64,000 nt of DNA from Zhengella sp. Its GTDB lineage: Bacteria > Pseudomonadota > Alphaproteobacteria > Rhizobiales > Rhizobiaceae. The stretch lies in contig JBGSQC010000157.1 of the NCBI GenBank assembly GCA_041738295.1, positions 265-64,264 of the forward strand. Direction: 5' to 3'. This document shows positions 41,208-50,975 of this stretch, one piece after another (positions within the stretch are counted from its first letter, which is position 1; each line of letters starts with the position of its first letter). The notes under the pieces were generated by a model. That model searched no databases and had not been told where the DNA came from. It saw only the letters and a program-made list of their open reading frames with translations. Both the position numbers and the translations under genes were made by a program.

Positions 41208-42512
41208 ATGAACCTGCAGACATTGCTTGCCGCACGTGCAGCCGACGGAAAACCCGTGCGCGCCGGGCTGATCGGTGCCGGCAAGTTCGGCTCAATGTTC
41301 CTGTCGCAGGTTCCCTCGACGCCTGGTCTTGAGGTGAGCGTCATTGCAGACCTTGATCCTGACCGCGCACGGCAAGCCTGCCGGGCCGTTGGCTGGGATG
41401 AGAGCCGGATTGCCACCACCCGGTTTCTGGATGACGGAAAGGCGCTCGCCGCCCACCCCGACGTCGACGTGGTGATCGAGGCAACGGGGCATCCGGGTGC
41501 CGGTGCCCTTCATGCCCTTGCCGCCATCGAATCGGCCAAGCATGTTGTCATGGTCAATGTCGAGGCCGACGTGCTCTGTGGCCCGGCGTTGGCTGCCCGT
41601 GCGCGCAAGGCTGGCGTTGTCTATTCCATGGCCTATGGCGACCAACCGGCGCTGGTGGCCGAAATGGTCGACTGGGCGCGTTCCGCCGGCTTCATCGTGC
41701 AGGCCGCCGGCAAGGGCACCAAATATCTGCCGGCCTATCATCACGTAACGCCGGACGGTGTGTGGGACCATTACGGGCTGTCGGCTGCCGAAGCCAAGGC
41801 GGCGGGCATGAATCCGCAAATGTTCAACTCGTTTCTTGATGGCACCAAGTCAGCCATCGAGATGGCGGCGATTGCCAACGCCTGCGGACTTTCCGTGGCA
41901 TCGGACGGCTTGCGGTTCCCACCCTGCGGGGTGGATGACCTGTCGCGCATGCTGCGCCCTGAATCCGATGGAGGGCAGGTTCCCGGCAAGGGCTATGTCG
42001 AAGTGATCTCCTCGCTGGAGCGCGACGGCCGCCCCGTGTTCCGCGATCTGCGGTGGGGCGTCTATGTGGTGATCGAGGCGCCGAACGCCTATTCGGCGGC
42101 CTGCTTCCGCCAATACGGATTGCCGGTTGATTCCACCGGACGCTATGCGGCGATGTACAAGCCGTTCCACCTGATCGGCATGGAACTTGGCATCTCTGTG
42201 CTGAACGCAGCGCTTCGCCAAGAGCCGACCGGCCAGTCTCGCGAATTCAGAGGTGATGCCGTGGCGGTGGCCAAGCGCGATCTCGCCCCCGGCGACACAT
42301 TGGACGGCGAAGGCGGCTTCACGGTTTGGGGAAAGTGCATGCCGGCAAAGGCATCGGTTACCATCGGCGCACTGCCGATCGGCCTTGCCCATGGCGTGCG
42401 GCTGGTCCGTCCTGTCGCGCGCGACACCGTGCTCACCTATGGCGATGTCGAAGCACTACCCGACAGCTTGGCCTTGTCGTTGCGGCGCGAGACGGAAGCC
42501 ATGGCGGTGTGA
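41208..42512 (+). CDS. Homoserine-dehydrogenase-like NAD(P) oxidoreductase with C-terminal SAF domain
   Basis: GAGKFG Rossmann motif, NVEAD, GDQP, SFLDGTKS, VAKRDL...LDGEGG. Confidence 0.87.
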   Translation: MNLQTLLAARAADGKPVRAGLIGAGKFGSMFLSQVPSTPGLEVSVIADLDPDRARQACRAVGWDESRIATTRFLDDGKALAAHPDVDVVIEATGHPGAGALHALAAIESAKHVVMVNVEADVLCGPALAARARKAGVVYSMAYGDQPALVAEMVDWARSAGFIVQAAGKGTKYLPAYHHVTPDGVWDHYGLSAAEAKAAGMNPQMFNSFLDGTKSAIEMAAIANACGLSVASDGLRFPPCGVDDLSRMLRPESDGGQVPGKGYVEVISSLERDGRPVFRDLRWGVYVVIEAPNAYSAACFRQYGLPVDSTGRYAAMYKPFHLIGMELGISVLNAALRQEPTGQSREFRGDAVAVAKRDLAPGDTLDGEGGFTVWGKCMPAKASVTIGALPIGLAHGVRLVRPVARDTVLTYGDVEALPDSLALSLRRETEAMAV

Positions 42513-42518
42513 CCAGCT

Positions 42519-43511
42519 TCAGTTGTTGATCTCCGTCTTTCGCGTTGCTGTCCTGATTGCGGTTCCCTCCCGCAAAAGCTCGATCTTCATGGTGTAAGCT
42601 CCTTTGGCCGGTGTGCCGCGCTTTCCGGCATAGGCGGAATAGGTTGCCTTGGTGCGGTCCAGAGGCTCGGTGGCGGTTTCGGAAATCATGGCACCGCCCG
42701 GCCCTTCGATCCGCAAGCGCATGCGGTCGCCCTTGCGAAGATTGGCAAACCAGGCCCAACCGGTCAGGGCTGGTGATGTCGAGCTTGGCGCGGCTGGAGC
42801 GCCGGTCTCCGCAAGCTTGCCGTGATCCACCGGACCTGCCGCAAATCCGGCAGCCAGCAAAACCGCATCGCCGGTGCCGAGAATTTCCGCGAAATCGCTG
42901 GTGAACAGGCTCTTGCCCTGCGTTCTCTCGCAGCCCTCGGCCAAGGATCGACCTGTCATCAAGTCGACCGGCTTGCCGTTGACCCGCAATTCGGCGTGGA
43001 CATGGGGAAACTGGGCGAGGCCCGATGCACCAACTTCCCCGAGCTGCTGGCCTGACGTGATAGTGTCGCCGGGTTTCACCCGGACCGACCCTTGGCGCAG
43101 ATGGCAATATTGGGTGACGCGCCCCTGGCCGTGGTCAATGACGACACCATTGCCACATTCGCGCTTTGCGATGGCCTTTCTGTCCTCGGCAGTCTGTACC
43201 AGACGGTCCGGCTCGCCGTCGCGCGTACCGGCCACAGTTCCGGCGGCCATGGCAATCACCGGAACGCCGCGTGCGATATCGGCCATGGAAAGGATACGGA
43301 TATCCAGGCCCGTATGTCCGTCATAGGTGGCTGAGCCGCAGAAGGGATCGGTTGCGCCCTGTCCGGGGTCCATGTCGGCCATCTGCTGGAGGAAACAGTC
43401 CTTTCCCACTTCACAGGTGACAGGCGGGCCGAAATCTTGCGCCATCGCGGGCAAGGACAAGCCCAGAACGATTGCAGCGGCCAGGCTGCGCGGCAAGGCT
43501 TGAATGGCCAT
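42519..43511 (-). CDS. M23-family metallopeptidase
   Basis: Signal peptide; HTGLD (HxxxD), QYCHL, PHVH (HxH). Confidence 0.9.
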   Translation of the reverse strand: MAIQALPRSLAAAIVLGLSLPAMAQDFGPPVTCEVGKDCFLQQMADMDPGQGATDPFCGSATYDGHTGLDIRILSMADIARGVPVIAMAAGTVAGTRDGEPDRLVQTAEDRKAIAKRECGNGVVIDHGQGRVTQYCHLRQGSVRVKPGDTITSGQQLGEVGASGLAQFPHVHAELRVNGKPVDLMTGRSLAEGCERTQGKSLFTSDFAEILGTGDAVLLAAGFAAGPVDHGKLAETGAPAAPSSTSPALTGWAWFANLRKGDRMRLRIEGPGGAMISETATEPLDRTKATYSAYAGKRGTPAKGAYTMKIELLREGTAIRTATRKTEINN

Positions 43512-43637
43512 AGGATGCTCCGCCTTCAGGTAGATTGGCAGTATCGCATGAAATCCGGCGGGAATACGGCTTGCCTTGGCGGAAATCCGTGGCTAGCAAG
43601 GCGGCAGCATCCTGTTTCAGTCCAAAGGAACCCCAGC

Positions 43638-44750
43638 ATGGCTTCGCGCAAACTCCTCCTTCTTCCCGGCGACGGTATCGGCCCCGAGGCCATGGCCGAA
43701 GTCCGCAAACTGATCGCCTACATGAACGCCGATCTCGGCTCCGGTTTCACCACCGAGGAAGGCCTTGTCGGCGGTTGCGCCTATGATGCCCATGGCCAGG
43801 CGATCTCGGATGCCGACATGGCCAAGGCTATGGCGGCGGACGCCGTGCTGTTCGGCGCTGTCGGCGGCCCGAAGTGGGACGGCGTGCCTTACGAGGTGCG
43901 TCCCGAGGCAGGCCTGCTGCGCCTGCGCAAGGAAATGGAGCTGTTTGCAAACCTTCGCCCGGCCATCTGCTATCCGGCGCTTGCTGCCTCGTCCTCGCTC
44001 AAGCCTGAAGTGGTGGAAGGCCTCGACATCCTGATCGTGCGTGAATTGACCGGCGGCGTCTATTTCGGCGAGCCCAAGGAGATCATCGACCTCGGCAATG
44101 GCCAGAAACGCGGTATCGACACGCAGGTCTATGACACGTTCGAGATCGAGCGCATTTCCGGCGTTGCCTTCGAGCTGGCGCGGACCCGGTCCAACAAGGT
44201 GTGCTCGATGGAAAAGCGCAACGTCATGAAGTCGGGCGTCTTGTGGAACGAAGTGGTGACCGCCACGCACAAGGCGAAGTATCCCGATGTGGAACTCAGC
44301 CACATGCTGGCCGATGCCGGCGGCATGCAGCTGGTGCGCTGGCCCAAGCAGTTTGATGTGATCGTGACCGACAATCTGTTCGGCGACATGCTGTCCGATG
44401 TGGCCGCCATGCTGACCGGTTCGCTCGGTATGCTGCCCTCGGCCTCGCTGGGTGCGCCCGATCCGGTCACCGGCAGCCGCAAGGCGCTCTATGAGCCGGT
44501 CCATGGCTCGGCACCCGACATTGCGGGCAAGGGCATTGCCAACCCGATCGCCATGATCGCGTCCTTTGCCATGTGCCTGCGCTATTCCTTCAACATGGTG
44601 GCGGAAGCAGACCGTCTGGAGAAGGCGATTGCCGGCGTTCTGGACGAAGGCTTGCGCACCGGCGACATCATGTCGGACGGCTGCAAGCAGATCACCACGG
44701 CCGAGATGGGTGACTCGATCCTCGCGCGCTTCAAGGCCTTGTCAGCCTGA
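43638..44750 (+). CDS. leuB: 3-isopropylmalate dehydrogenase
   Basis: [40 protein letters not shown]. Confidence 0.97.
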   Translation: MASRKLLLLPGDGIGPEAMAEVRKLIAYMNADLGSGFTTEEGLVGGCAYDAHGQAISDADMAKAMAADAVLFGAVGGPKWDGVPYEVRPEAGLLRLRKEMELFANLRPAICYPALAASSSLKPEVVEGLDILIVRELTGGVYFGEPKEIIDLGNGQKRGIDTQVYDTFEIERISGVAFELARTRSNKVCSMEKRNVMKSGVLWNEVVTATHKAKYPDVELSHMLADAGGMQLVRWPKQFDVIVTDNLFGDMLSDVAAMLTGSLGMLPSASLGAPDPVTGSRKALYEPVHGSAPDIAGKGIANPIAMIASFAMCLRYSFNMVAEADRLEKAIAGVLDEGLRTGDIMSDGCKQITTAEMGDSILARFKALSA

Positions 44751-44759
44751 TCTTTGAAT

Positions 44760-44796
44760 TGTCCGGTGGCCGGGCCTGACGGCTGGCCACCGGACA
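44760..44796. terminator. Inverted repeat after leuB (no U-tract)
   Basis: tgtccggtggcc...ggccaccggaca 12-bp stem. Confidence 0.45.
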
Positions 44797-44827
44797 CAAT
44801 GGTTCATGACAGGATGCGGAGGGAACA

Positions 44828-45526
44828 GTGGGTCTCATCAAGTTCCTGATCAACCCGTTCCTGCTGGTTTTTTGGGTGCTGTTCCGGTGGATCGGCGGCG
44901 CAATTGACCGGCGTCTCGGGCCCAAAAGCGGGTTTGTTGTTGCGCTTGCCCTCTTTGCCGGACTTACCGGCCTTCTGGCCTACCAAAGCTGGTCCTTGCG
45001 CCAGGAACTTGGCATCGTCACAAGCCTCAGCCAGCCGCGAAACACGCCCTTTGTCGAGGGGCAGGTGACGGCGGTCCTTGGCGTCAAGGAGCGCAAATAC
45101 ACGCAGACGCAGCAGTTGATCATCGCATTGCCAGATGGCCGGGGCGGTGTCCGGCCATGGAAAACGAACGAGGTTCGTGCCAACGCCAATGCCCTGAAGG
45201 TCGGTGACGTGGCGCGCGTCTATCTTCACGGGCAGGATCAGGATCCGAGCCTCAAGCCCGAAGACGATTTCTCGTCCGACCTGATCACCAGCTTGTTCGG
45301 GACCGGTATTCCCTTCATCCTCTGGCTGCTCGCCCTGTGGTATCTCACCGTTCGCAAGTCGACCTATCAAGCTGCCGCCGGGGCAAGGCCTGTTATGAAG
45401 CGCAAGGCGATGAACGATTCTGCGCCAATACGCACCTCCGCGGTGCAGCGTGGCGGAAAGCTGCCCACCACCCAACAGCGGCTTGATACCAATAGCCAAG
45501 CCTTCAAGCGATTGCGGCGCAATTGA
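44828..45526 (+). CDS. Hypothetical membrane protein
   Basis: 232-aa ORF with GGAGG RBS and GTG start; TM-soluble-TM layout; fills the leuB-asd gap. Confidence 0.7.
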   Translation: MGLIKFLINPFLLVFWVLFRWIGGAIDRRLGPKSGFVVALALFAGLTGLLAYQSWSLRQELGIVTSLSQPRNTPFVEGQVTAVLGVKERKYTQTQQLIIALPDGRGGVRPWKTNEVRANANALKVGDVARVYLHGQDQDPSLKPEDDFSSDLITSLFGTGIPFILWLLALWYLTVRKSTYQAAAGARPVMKRKAMNDSAPIRTSAVQRGGKLPTTQQRLDTNSQAFKRLRRN

Positions 45527-45576
45527 CTCTTGTGCAAAAGCCTCCTAATGCAGCGTCGCACACTCTGGAGAACACC

Positions 45577-45696
45577 ATGCGCGGCCTTTTGATGGCACTT
45601 TTGATGATTGAACCGGCGCTTCGGCCCGGTGAGCGTCCGCGCGCCGCTGTCTCCACCAAAACCACGGCCAAAAAAACGACCGGCACCACGGTCTGA
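45577..45696 (+). CDS. Putative asd leader peptide (39 aa; Thr/Lys/Met-rich)
   Basis: GGAG RBS; MRGLLMALLMIEPALRPGERPRAAVSTKTTAKKTTGTTV*; followed by GC hairpins before asd. Confidence 0.7.
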   Translation: MRGLLMALLMIEPALRPGERPRAAVSTKTTAKKTTGTTV

Positions 45697-45816
45697 TCCT
45701 TCTTGGCCTGCTCCCTCACGCTCCCCGGGACAGACCGGGGAGGCGAAAGCCCGAAACGCCGCAGGCGGGACGGGTGAAAGCCAGGGGAGCTTCCAGAACT
45801 CAAGGACATGAAGACG

Positions 45817-46851
45817 ATGGGTTTCAAGGTTGCGATTGCAGGCGCCACGGGCAATGTGGGCCGCGAAATGCTGAACATTCTCGAGGAACGCGGATTTCCG
45901 GCATCGGAAATCGTGGCACTCGCCTCACGCCGCTCGCTCGGCCAGGAAGTCTCCTATGGCGACCGCATGATCAAGGTGCAGGCGCTGGAGAATTATGATT
46001 TCTCCGACACCGACATCTGCCTGATGTCTGCCGGTGGCGCGGTGTCCAAGGAATGGTCGCCGAAGATCGGCAAGCAGGGTTGCGTCGTCATCGACAATTC
46101 CTCGTCCTGGCGCTACGATTCCGACGTGCCGCTGATCGTGCCGGAAGTGAACCCTGATGCGATCGAGGGTTTCCGCCGCAAGAACATCATCGCCAATCCG
46201 AACTGCTCGACGGCCCAGCTCGTCGTGGCGCTGAAGCCGCTGCATGATGCCGCCACCATCAAGCGTGTCGTCGTTTCCACCTATCAGTCGGTGTCGGGCG
46301 CCGGCAAGGAAGGCATGGACGAGCTGTTCCATCAGTCGCGCGCGGTCTTCTTGTCCGATCCGATCGAGACCAAGAAGTTCACCAAGCGCATCGCCTTCAA
46401 CGTCATTCCGCACATCGATGTCTTCATGGAAGACGGCTACACCAAGGAAGAATGGAAGGTGCTGGCCGAGACCAAGAAGATGCTGGACCCGAAGATCCGC
46501 GTCACCTGCACCGCCGTGCGCGTGCCGGTGTTCATTGGTCACTCGGAGAGCGTCAACATCGAGTTCGAAAAGCCGATCACGCCGGAAGAGGCGCGCGCCA
46601 TCCTGCGCGATGCGCCGGGCTGCCAGGTCATCGACAAGCATGAGGACGGCGGCTACATCACCCCGCATGAGGCGGCCGGCGAAGACGCCACCTTCATCAG
46701 CCGTATCCGCGAGGATGCCACGGTGGAAAATGGTCTGGCCATGTGGATTGTTTCCGACAATCTGCGCAAGGGTGCAGCACTGAACGCCGTGCAGATCGCA
46801 GAATTGCTGGTGGCACGCGGCCTGATCAAGCCGAAGGCCATGGCGGCCTGA
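45817..46851 (+). CDS. asd: Aspartate-semialdehyde dehydrogenase
   Basis: AGATGNVG, IANPNCST, STYQSVSGAG, DNLRKGAALN. Start could be 45808. Confidence 0.97.
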   Translation: MGFKVAIAGATGNVGREMLNILEERGFPASEIVALASRRSLGQEVSYGDRMIKVQALENYDFSDTDICLMSAGGAVSKEWSPKIGKQGCVVIDNSSSWRYDSDVPLIVPEVNPDAIEGFRRKNIIANPNCSTAQLVVALKPLHDAATIKRVVVSTYQSVSGAGKEGMDELFHQSRAVFLSDPIETKKFTKRIAFNVIPHIDVFMEDGYTKEEWKVLAETKKMLDPKIRVTCTAVRVPVFIGHSESVNIEFEKPITPEEARAILRDAPGCQVIDKHEDGGYITPHEAAGEDATFISRIREDATVENGLAMWIVSDNLRKGAALNAVQIAELLVARGLIKPKAMAA

Positions 46852-46877
46852 CGCGAAGGCCGCATTCCTGAATGAAC

Positions 46878-46907
46878 AAAGGCCCGGCAGCAATGCCGGG
46901 CCTTTTT
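46878..46907. terminator. Intrinsic terminator after asd, likely bidirectional
   Basis: aaaggcccggca-gcaa-tgccgggccttttt. Confidence 0.85.
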
Positions 46908-48235
46908 CATTTGGTCGCAAAGCAGAAGAGATTACCTGATTTCGGGTTGAGCGCGCATTCTCCGGCTGCGGTCGAGACATGGGCGGTCACCGCTGTCGGA
47001 GCGCCGTTGATCGTGTCGCCATCCGGGGCCCGGACGATCACAGTCTGGGCGCCTGAGGGCCAGAGATAGGTCATGACCAGGCTCTTGCTGCCGTTTGCCG
47101 TGCGCTCTTCAACGGACCGCCGGCACGGTTCCTTGTCCTTGTAGGCCGGAGCATTGCCGACGGTGCATTCGCCGTTGGCTTCAAAGGCAGGCGAGGTTGG
47201 AGAGGGTGAGGGTGCCGGCACCGGAGCCAGATTCACTGGCACCGGTTTGCCGTCCAATGGCAAGCCGCGCAGGCTGGCGATCTTTGTGTCCGGCCCGGTA
47301 AAACCCCATGCCTCGAAATAGACCTCGCCCTTGCCGCTTCTTCCCGAAAGTGTCAGCGCCGCCGGATATTCCGCCCCGGAGAAATAAATGCGGCAGGAAT
47401 CGCCGGATATTTCGCTGATCGTCACGTCAAAAGCGTTCGGATCTTCATCGGTCGGCCGGACCGGGAACTCCCATGTTTCAGGTCCCGCAGCCCGGTCGAA
47501 CTGCCAGGACCAGGCATTCAAGCAGCCACGCACCAAGGATGTGTTGTCCTTCGGAAAGGGCATGTCGAGCGGGCCGAGTTCGATCTGCCAGCGTCCGGCT
47601 TCGCCGGTGGTCGTGATGTAGTGCATGGAATCAGACGGCGTCGACAGCATGGTTCCAAGCAACGACATGCGGATGTTGTCGCCGGCATCAGGAGTGCCGG
47701 ACTGGATGATTTCCGAGATTGCGCTGGAGACGGTACCGAGCGCCACATTGTAGGCGCGGTTAACGGTCTCGGCCTGGTAGGCTCCTTCCGGGATGACCAG
47801 TGCCGGGGCATGGAAGCCCAGCCGCCCCTGCGGATGCAGGATGCGCAGCCGCGTGATGTTCTCGGTCTGGTTCGAGACATGCCGCCCCGCCATGAAGATC
47901 AGGGCGCAGGCGGACTCGCATGTGGCACCCGCCTCGATGCGGGTGCCGATGTTTTTGTCGGAGAAGAGTTTCGCAATCCGGATTGCTTCTCCGAAAGATC
48001 CGCCGGGGCTGTCGAGGCACAGCATCGCGAAGTTTTCATTGTCGGTGGCAATCGCCTCGAATAGGGCAGCATCGCCATTTTCCAGCGAACCGGTGAAACG
48101 GTGTGTGCAGGGGCGGGTGTCCCTTGGTCCGGGATAAGGTCCGGTATCAGGATATAGAGGACCCAGTGTCTGAAGGGAGCCAGCCGAAGCTGCAGCTGGA
48201 GCCAACATCAGCAGGCAGAGAAGAAGAGCTCGCAT
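46907..48235 (-). CDS. Exported protein with ClpP/crotonase-like N-terminal domain
   Basis: Signal peptide; LCLDSPGGS, CESACALIFMAG, RLGFHAP; Pro-rich linker; Cys-containing C-terminal domain. Confidence 0.75.
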   Translation of the reverse strand: MRALLLCLLMLAPAAASAGSLQTLGPLYPDTGPYPGPRDTRPCTHRFTGSLENGDAALFEAIATDNENFAMLCLDSPGGSFGEAIRIAKLFSDKNIGTRIEAGATCESACALIFMAGRHVSNQTENITRLRILHPQGRLGFHAPALVIPEGAYQAETVNRAYNVALGTVSSAISEIIQSGTPDAGDNIRMSLLGTMLSTPSDSMHYITTTGEAGRWQIELGPLDMPFPKDNTSLVRGCLNAWSWQFDRAAGPETWEFPVRPTDEDPNAFDVTISEISGDSCRIYFSGAEYPAALTLSGRSGKGEVYFEAWGFTGPDTKIASLRGLPLDGKPVPVNLAPVPAPSPSPTSPAFEANGECTVGNAPAYKDKEPCRRSVEERTANGSKSLVMTYLWPSGAQTVIVRAPDGDTINGAPTAVTAHVSTAAGECALNPKSGNLFCFATK

Positions 48236-48303
48236 ATCCGCCTCCGCAAAGTTTTATACAATCTGGCAGAGGGCGGATGAATGCAAGATGAGCAAATGCT
48301 GTT

Positions 48304-50364
48304 TCAGGCCTTCTCGTCAGCCACCAGTCCACGTCCGCGCATCATGGCGTCGGGGCTCGGCATCTTGCCGCGGAAGGCCGTGTAGAGCATTTCCGGGTCG
48401 GCGGTTCCGCCCGCAGCATAGATGTGGGTCTTCAGCTTTTCGGCGAGCGCCGGATTGAAGGGGTCGCCGGTTTCCTCGAAGGCCTCGAAGGCGTCCGCAT
48501 CCAGAACTTCTGACCACAGATAGGAATAATAGCCGGCTGAATAGCCATCGCCCGAGAACACATGCTGGAAATGCGGCGTGCGATGGCGCATGGCAATCGC
48601 GTCCGGCTTTTCGAGCCTGCGCATCGTTTCGGCTTCGAAAGCAATCGGGTCATCTGCGGGTTCGCTGCCCTGATGGAAGGCCATGTCCATCAGGGCAGAA
48701 GCCGTGAATTCCACGGTCGCGAAGCCCTGGTTGAAGCTCTGCGAGGCGATCAGGCGATCCATCAGCTCCTTCGGCATGACTTCGCCGGTATCCACATGGC
48801 GGGCGTGCTTTTCGAGGATTTCCGGCACTGTCAGCCAGTGCTCATAGAGCTGAGAAGGCAGTTCAACGAAATCGCGCGAGACAGACGTTCCCGAAACCGA
48901 GGGCCAGGTAGCCTCGCTCAGCATGCCATGAAGCGCATGGCCGAATTCGTGGAACAGGGTCAGCGCCTCGTCCATGGAAAGAAGGGCTGCTGCGCCCGGT
49001 GCTGGCTTGGCGAAATTCATGACGTTGTAGATGATCGGAGATTGCCCCTCGCCCAGCTTCCACGCCCCCTTCAGCGCGCTCATCCAGGCGCCTGAGCGCT
49101 TCGAGGCGCGGTTGAAATAGTCGGCGATGAAGGCGCCGCGCAGTGACCCGTCGCCATTGCAGATTTCAAAGATGCGGGCATCCTCATGCCAGGCCTTCAG
49201 ATCGGGCCGCTCAACAAAAGACAAACCGAACAGCCGGCCTGCCACATCGAAACAGGCGGCGATGATGTTGTCGAGCTGCAGATAGGGCTTGATCTGGGCT
49301 TCGTCGAAGGCAAATTTCTCGGCGCGCAGCTTTTCGGCATAGAAGCGCCAGTCCCAGCCTTCGATGGCATGATTGCTGCCGGACAATGCGGCGATGCGCT
49401 TCAGCTCGGCTTCGTCCTCTGCCGCCTTGCGGCGCGCGGCATCCCAGACCGGTTCCAGCAGGTTCATCACGGCAGCAGGCGTCTTGGCCATGGTGTTGTC
49501 GAGCTTCAGGGCGGCGAAGGTGTCATAACCGAGCAGGGCAGCCTTCTCGCTGCGCAGCTTCAGCGTTTCCCGGACGATGGCGGTGTTGTCATGCTCGCCG
49601 GGATTGCCGCCGCGTGCGGTGAAGGCGCGCCAAGCCTGTTCGCGCAGGTCGCGGCGCGGCGACAGGGTGGTGAACGGCTCATAGATCGAGCGCGACAGGG
49701 TGACGGCGTAACGCCCCGGTTCGCCATGGGCGCTGGCCGCCTCGGCCATGGCATTCTTCAGGAAATCCGGCAGCGTGGCGACATCGGCCTCGTCGAGAAT
49801 GAGCGCCCAGGAGGCCTCGTCGGCCAGCACGTTCTGGCCGAACTGGGCGCCAAGGCCGGCAAGCCGTTCGCTGATGGCGGCCAGACGCTCCTTGCCGGGC
49901 TTTTCCAGCTTGGCACCGGAGCGCACAAAGCCTTTCCAGGTCAATTCGAGGACGCGGGCGGTCTCGCTGTCGAGCCCAAGCGTATCGCGGCGCGACCACA
50001 GATCATCGATGCGGGCAAACAGCGCATCATTCATCGAGATGGCCGAATAATGCCGCGACATCTTCGGCGAGATGATGCGCTCCAGCGACTGGATCTCCGC
50101 ATTGGTGTTGGCACCGGCAAGGCACCAGAAAAGGGCAGAAATGCGTGCCAGAAATGTGCCGGACATTTCCAGCGCTTCCAGCGTGTTTGCAATAGAGGGC
50201 GCTTCGGGATTGTCCGCGATGGCGGCAATCTCAAGCGCGTGGTCTGCAAAGGCTGTCTCGAAGGCCGGCAGGAAGTCCTTCACGTGCACCTCAGCAAAAT
50301 CAGGCAGTCCAAGCGGACCGGTCCAGTTGGTCAGCGGATGGGTGGTGAGGTCGATGGCGGACAT
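48304..50364 (-). CDS. dcp: M3-family peptidyl-dipeptidase
   Basis: KRSGAWM, LFHEFGHALHG, DFVELPSQLYE, YSAGYYSYLWSEVLDAD. Confidence 0.93.
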   Translation of the reverse strand: MSAIDLTTHPLTNWTGPLGLPDFAEVHVKDFLPAFETAFADHALEIAAIADNPEAPSIANTLEALEMSGTFLARISALFWCLAGANTNAEIQSLERIISPKMSRHYSAISMNDALFARIDDLWSRRDTLGLDSETARVLELTWKGFVRSGAKLEKPGKERLAAISERLAGLGAQFGQNVLADEASWALILDEADVATLPDFLKNAMAEAASAHGEPGRYAVTLSRSIYEPFTTLSPRRDLREQAWRAFTARGGNPGEHDNTAIVRETLKLRSEKAALLGYDTFAALKLDNTMAKTPAAVMNLLEPVWDAARRKAAEDEAELKRIAALSGSNHAIEGWDWRFYAEKLRAEKFAFDEAQIKPYLQLDNIIAACFDVAGRLFGLSFVERPDLKAWHEDARIFEICNGDGSLRGAFIADYFNRASKRSGAWMSALKGAWKLGEGQSPIIYNVMNFAKPAPGAAALLSMDEALTLFHEFGHALHGMLSEATWPSVSGTSVSRDFVELPSQLYEHWLTVPEILEKHARHVDTGEVMPKELMDRLIASQSFNQGFATVEFTASALMDMAFHQGSEPADDPIAFEAETMRRLEKPDAIAMRHRTPHFQHVFSGDGYSAGYYSYLWSEVLDADAFEAFEETGDPFNPALAEKLKTHIYAAGGTADPEMLYTAFRGKMPSPDAMMRGRGLVADEKA

Positions 50365-50472
50365 GGGTGTTCCTGTTCGTGCATGGAATCGGTCGGGACG
50401 ACGTTGCCTGCAATCTATTGTCCGCGCCCATCGCGGACAAGGGACGAGTGGCTTGACGCTTCCAGCAGATTA

Positions 50473-50490
50473 ATAATATACCCTTATTAT
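50473..50490. promoter_or_regulatory. Candidate MarR operator
   Basis: AT-rich inverted repeat ATAATA-taccct-TATTAT immediately upstream of the MarR gene. Confidence 0.45.
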
Positions 50491-50516
50491 ATTGTTCCCT
50501 TATCAATTGGTGATGC

Positions 50517-50975
50517 GTGCCACCCATCGATCCTGATTCGCTTGGCTTTCTCGTCTCCGACATTTCACGGCTGATCCGCTCGGCCATGGACCGGGGCAAT
50601 GCCGCGTCCGATATTGGCGTCACACCCGGCGAGGCGCGCGTTCTGGCCTTTGCGGCGCGCAGCGGCCCTGTGCGGCAGACCCGGCTCGCCGAGATGATCG
50701 GGCTGGAAGCCATGACCATATCCGGCCATCTCGATGGGCTGGAGCGAAAAGGCTTGATCCGCAGGGAGGCCGACCATACTGACCGCCGGGCAAAGCTTGT
50801 CCATTTGACGGCTGCCTCGGCCGGTATTCTCGCCCAGATCGGAAAGACCGGGCAGGGCATCCGCAGCCAGGCAAGTTCCGGCTTCAGCGAGGAAGAGTGG
50901 GAAGCCCTGAAGGCGGCACTTCGTCGTGTCCGGGCCAATCTTTCCGCAGAAAGCGTTTCCGATGGCAAGCGTTGA
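50517..50975 (+). CDS. MarR-family regulator
   Basis: LDGLERKGLIRR...DRRAKLVHLT winged helix. Confidence 0.92.
   Translation: MPPIDPDSLGFLVSDISRLIRSAMDRGNAASDIGVTPGEARVLAFAARSGPVRQTRLAEMIGLEAMTISGHLDGLERKGLIRREADHTDRRAKLVHLTAASAGILAQIGKTGQGIRSQASSGFSEEEWEALKAALRRVRANLSAESVSDGKR

Noticed and set aside
49186-50574. 462-aa plus-strand ORF
   Set aside because: Antisense shadow of dcp.
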